Below, one piece after another: positions 60,531 to 64,000 of a DNA stretch of 64,000 nucleotides. The notes beneath the pieces were generated by a model. It was not told where the DNA came from and ran no database searches. It saw nothing but the letters and a program-made list of their open reading frames with translations. This DNA is from Ramazzottius varieornatus (taxonomy: Eukaryota > Animalia > Tardigrada). Where the stretch lies: NCBI GenBank assembly GCA_001949185.1, contig BDGG01000003.1, positions 1,586,725 to 1,650,724 on the forward strand, written 5' to 3'. Numbering within the stretch: position 1 is the stretch's first letter; each line of letters starts with the position of its first letter. Both the position numbers and the translations under genes were made by a program.

Positions 60531-63500
60531 ATGGGAAAAATGCTCGGCAGGATTTCGTTCGCTGTCTCGGCTGCGTTATTTCTTGGATCAGCTGTAGCGT
60601 TTGAGATGAAATACAACAAGACAACAGGTTAGAGCCTTCGCACGTCCCAAGTTTACTTGATGGATTTTCCGTCCCTCGTACTCTGCGTAGCCTTACAGTT
60701 TTAGGGGTTTTCATCTGCAGGATCAAAATGGCCGATTCCAGACTTCGCTCAGCTCGGCATCGACCGGAACGAAACCGTCGACATACCTAGCGCCATCACG
60801 CCCGTTCCTCTGGATCTTAAGTCCACCCTTGTAACCAAGTCTTCAGCGAATGCTACGGTGCTCCATGTGGCGGAAGTATGCAGCACGGAAGCCTGTAATG
60901 CAACAGGTAAGCCCTCTGGCCCTTCGTACATACATCTAATACGTCGAGAAGCAGGAACCCTGGGGGTGTCGGACATTAGGACGGTCATCATGTACCGGTA
61001 GATCTGGCTTGATCGATTCGGCTAACATTACGCAAGCTGCATGTATATTGATAGCACTGAATGACATCATGCTGGTCGAAACTGTAGACAGAATCAATAC
61101 TGTACTTCTGTGTTCCGCAGCAAAAAGGATGCTTTCAGCGATCAATTCCTCGGCCGATCCATGCGACGATTTCTTCACGTATGCATGTGGCGGATGGATC
61201 GCCGAACATCCCATTCCGGACAATGAGACGGAGGCCAGCATGTTCAAGAGTCTTTCGGAGAAGACGAAACGACTGGTTGAAGGTCAGTGTCCTATTCTTC
61301 TAAGATGTAGGCTTATCGTAACAAAATGACTCTTCTTGTTCGGGTCGCAACCGTAGCATGGCCGAGGCCGTATTGTTGGTCAGGTTTTGCGAAGGTTATC
61401 ACTGCTTATTTCAGGAATGTTGGACAAGAATTACCCGCATATGTTCGAGTCGGAAGTGAAGGCCAAACGATTTTTTATGCAGTGCAAGAACCAGCGTAAG
61501 TTGATTCGTCTGCTTTCAATACATCTCACTTACATACATCCCCCATTGTATGTCGTACGGAGAAGAGAGAAAACATTGGCTACGTACGAAATGTATGCCT
61601 TCCATTGTAGTTCGTCCTTTTAGGTGCAATTGAGGAGATGAGAGCTAAGCCTTTGATCGAACTTCTGGAGAAAGAAATTGGCGGTTGGCCCATCTTGAAC
61701 AAAAACTGGGACGCCTCCAAGTTCGATCTGTTCGACGCCCTGCTGCAAGCCCATATGCAGGGAGACGACGTCCTGTTCAGCATTGAAGTTGGTCAAGACA
61801 TGGAAATTCCTTCGAAGAACCTGTTGTACATCGGGGAACCCGAGACGATGACTACGAAAGACGTCCTTCAGAGTGATGCCGGCAAGCCTGTGATAGAAAG
61901 CTACATCCAGTACATCTTTAACGTGACTTCACTTCTTCTGGGAGACGCCCAAGATGCCCGTAATGTTAGCGAAGTCTCGGATGAACTGATGGACATAATC
62001 GACTTCAGTCGCTACCTGACCATGGTAAAAAATATTGCGATAGTCTACTGGTCAAAATGGGACGTGGGCGAACGAACTAAATTACGTTGTTACTTTAAGC
62101 GGCGCACGTTTTTGTTTTACTGGCTGGGCGTCACTTGCGGAAACGATTAAAACTTGGACAAGAGTGATCTTCAAAGTGGCGCATATTTCCGTGTTATTGG
62201 CTGGAACTGTGCGCCACTTGAGAAGATATTGAACTATTTTAAACCGTATATGCTCACATCTCAATAATGTTGAGCCAAACATATCAATTATTTCAGGGAC
62301 AAATGGGCGCAGTGGAAAAGCGGGATATGACCTCTTACAAGAACAAGACGACGCTCGGTGCGAACCAGAAGCATACCTTCACGCGGTCGATCTTCGGTCG
62401 GAACCTCACGAACTACCTTCGAGCCCTCTTTGCCGAAGTGGACATGGGTGATATGATTCAAGAGAATTCCACTGTGGTGATTCGCTCGACTGTATTCTTC
62501 GACCGGCTGGACGAGAAGTTGAAGGAGCTGGAAGAAATGGGTGATTCGGGAAAGCGCCGTCTGGCGAACTACATTGGGTGGAGAGTAATCACTAGTAACA
62601 TCAAGCACATCTCTCAAGACTATCGGGACACATTCGAGGAGCATCAGCAACGAATACAGGGCCAGAAAAGCAAGAAAGAAAAGACGGCAGCCGAACGGTG
62701 TGCAGAAGACCTCAAGATGGCTATGCCCCTGGCAATTGGCGCCATGTATGTCCGAGATTTCGTACCGGCAGAACTGAAACCAAAGGCAAGAATACAAAAC
62801 CGATTGTTGAAAGTTTTACAGGCGAACAGATTGCAGTTATATTACGACCCAGATGATACCATATTGGAACGGCAGTCCACTTTATTTATTTCTTCTACGT
62901 ATTTTTGTAGGCTTCCATGATGGTCGCTGACATCAAGAACGGGTTTCAAGACTTACTCCAAGTGGCAAGTTGGATGGACAACGTCACGCTGAACACAGCC
63001 TTGGACAAGCTTAGTGGAATGCTCAACTTTGTGGGTTACCCGGGCGAACTCCAGCAAAATATTACTGCGGTAGATGAGGAGTACAGCGAGGTATGGTGCT
63101 AAGGTGTGTGCTAGCGTGCAGATTTGCCCATGGTTTAGTTATTTTGACGCCCTCATTACAGATGCACGTTGGTGAGAATTATTTCGAGACAGTTCAGGAG
63201 CTGAGCAAAGTTCAAGTGGTGAAGAACATGAAGAAGCTGCCCAAAGAAAACAAACGTTGGGACCCTATCGATGATGCCATGGATATCACTGCCGTCAATG
63301 CGTTCAACCTGGTAACGAAGAATATCATAGGTGTGTGGACTCACTGTAACAAAACGAGTAAGAAGTCTGGGATATCCAGTTCTCGAGCTCCAACTCGAAT
63401 TTGAATGTAAATTGTAGACACATGCCGCAGCTTGTTTCTACATTGGAAAAGCAGACTGATACACAAGACTTGCGGTTCTTTTTCCAGTGGTTTTGGCTGC

Positions 63501-64000
63501 TCCTCTACAGCAGCCTTTCTATGACGCCCAAGTACCCCAATACATCAACTATGGCGGCGTTGGATTCTTCCTTGGCCACGAAGTAACCCACGGCTTCGAC
63601 GATCAGGGTAAGGAAGTGGCTTCCTTTGTCTCGATTCCCTTGTTCTGACTGAGCTTCAGCCGCGGTTCTTCGTTTAGGTTCCTCGTTCGATACACAAGGC
63701 CTAATGCGCACGTGGTGGTCGAACACAACCAAAAAGCTATATGATGAAAAGAAGCAAGGCTTTGTAGAGCAGTACGGCAATTATTCACTCTCGCTCGGCA
63801 AGGTCAACGGTCAGCTTACTCTCGGTGAGAATATTGCGGACAACGGAGGCCTGAAAGCTGCATACCGAGTAAGAACGTTAGCATTCGGTCTATTGTGAGG
63901 TATTGTGAGCTATTGTGAGCAGTCAATCACTATTCCGAGTGCATGTTCAATGACTTGCGTTATGATGACAGGGTTACTTTGACCATTTCCGCCAGCGAGT
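60531..64000 (+). CDS. M13 family (neprilysin/ECE-like) zinc metallopeptidase, probably secreted; truncated by window end
   Basis: Signal peptide; CSTEAC, ADPCDDFFTYACGGW, IGGWP, LANYIGW, WMD..T...A..K, VGYP, VNAFN, NYGGVG..LGHEVTHGFDD, TLGENIADNGG. Confidence 0.96.
62084..62230. repeat. GTGGCGCA dyad palindrome, copies 7 and 8 in tandem (neprilysin intron)
   Basis: AAGCGGCGCACG...GCGTCACTTGCGGAAACGAT (internally deleted, 62084-62149), followed by AAAGTGGCGCA-N26-TGCGCCACTTGAGAAGAT. Confidence 0.85.

Noticed and set aside
1-64000. CRISPR arrays, rRNA, operons or other prokaryotic systems
   Set aside because: No regular repeat-spacer arrays or rRNA-like sequence; genes are spliceosomal and animal-type.

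Overview
Eukaryotic (metazoan) genomic DNA with compact spliceosomal introns and three N gaps. Gene content and intron sizes suggest a compact invertebrate genome, possibly a tardigrade (inference only). Left to right: a long-TIR MITE; a CUB-LDLa-TM gene; a tight oxidoreductase trio (flavin monooxygenase, a CYP2-clan P450 with non-canonical motifs, and an intron-containing bacterial/fungal-type Zn-dependent MDR dehydrogenase that is a horizontal-transfer candidate); a TE-rich island at about 13.5-35 kb (decayed CR1/L2-type LINE, DIRS/Ngaro-type retrotransposon, two DD37D Tc1/mariner copies, hAT and other MITEs) that also holds two gustatory-receptor pseudogenes and an aminergic-like GPCR; two Ly6/three-finger genes; an eag K+ channel; an APP-like gene with an altered GYENPTY motif; and a neprilysin running off the right end. 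The most striking unexplained signal is a ~70-bp palindromic element (GTGGCGCA-N26-28-TGCGCCAC around a CCAAT-like core) seen 8 times, 7 of them in introns of four unrelated genes. Exon boundaries were traced by eye and may be off by a few bases.
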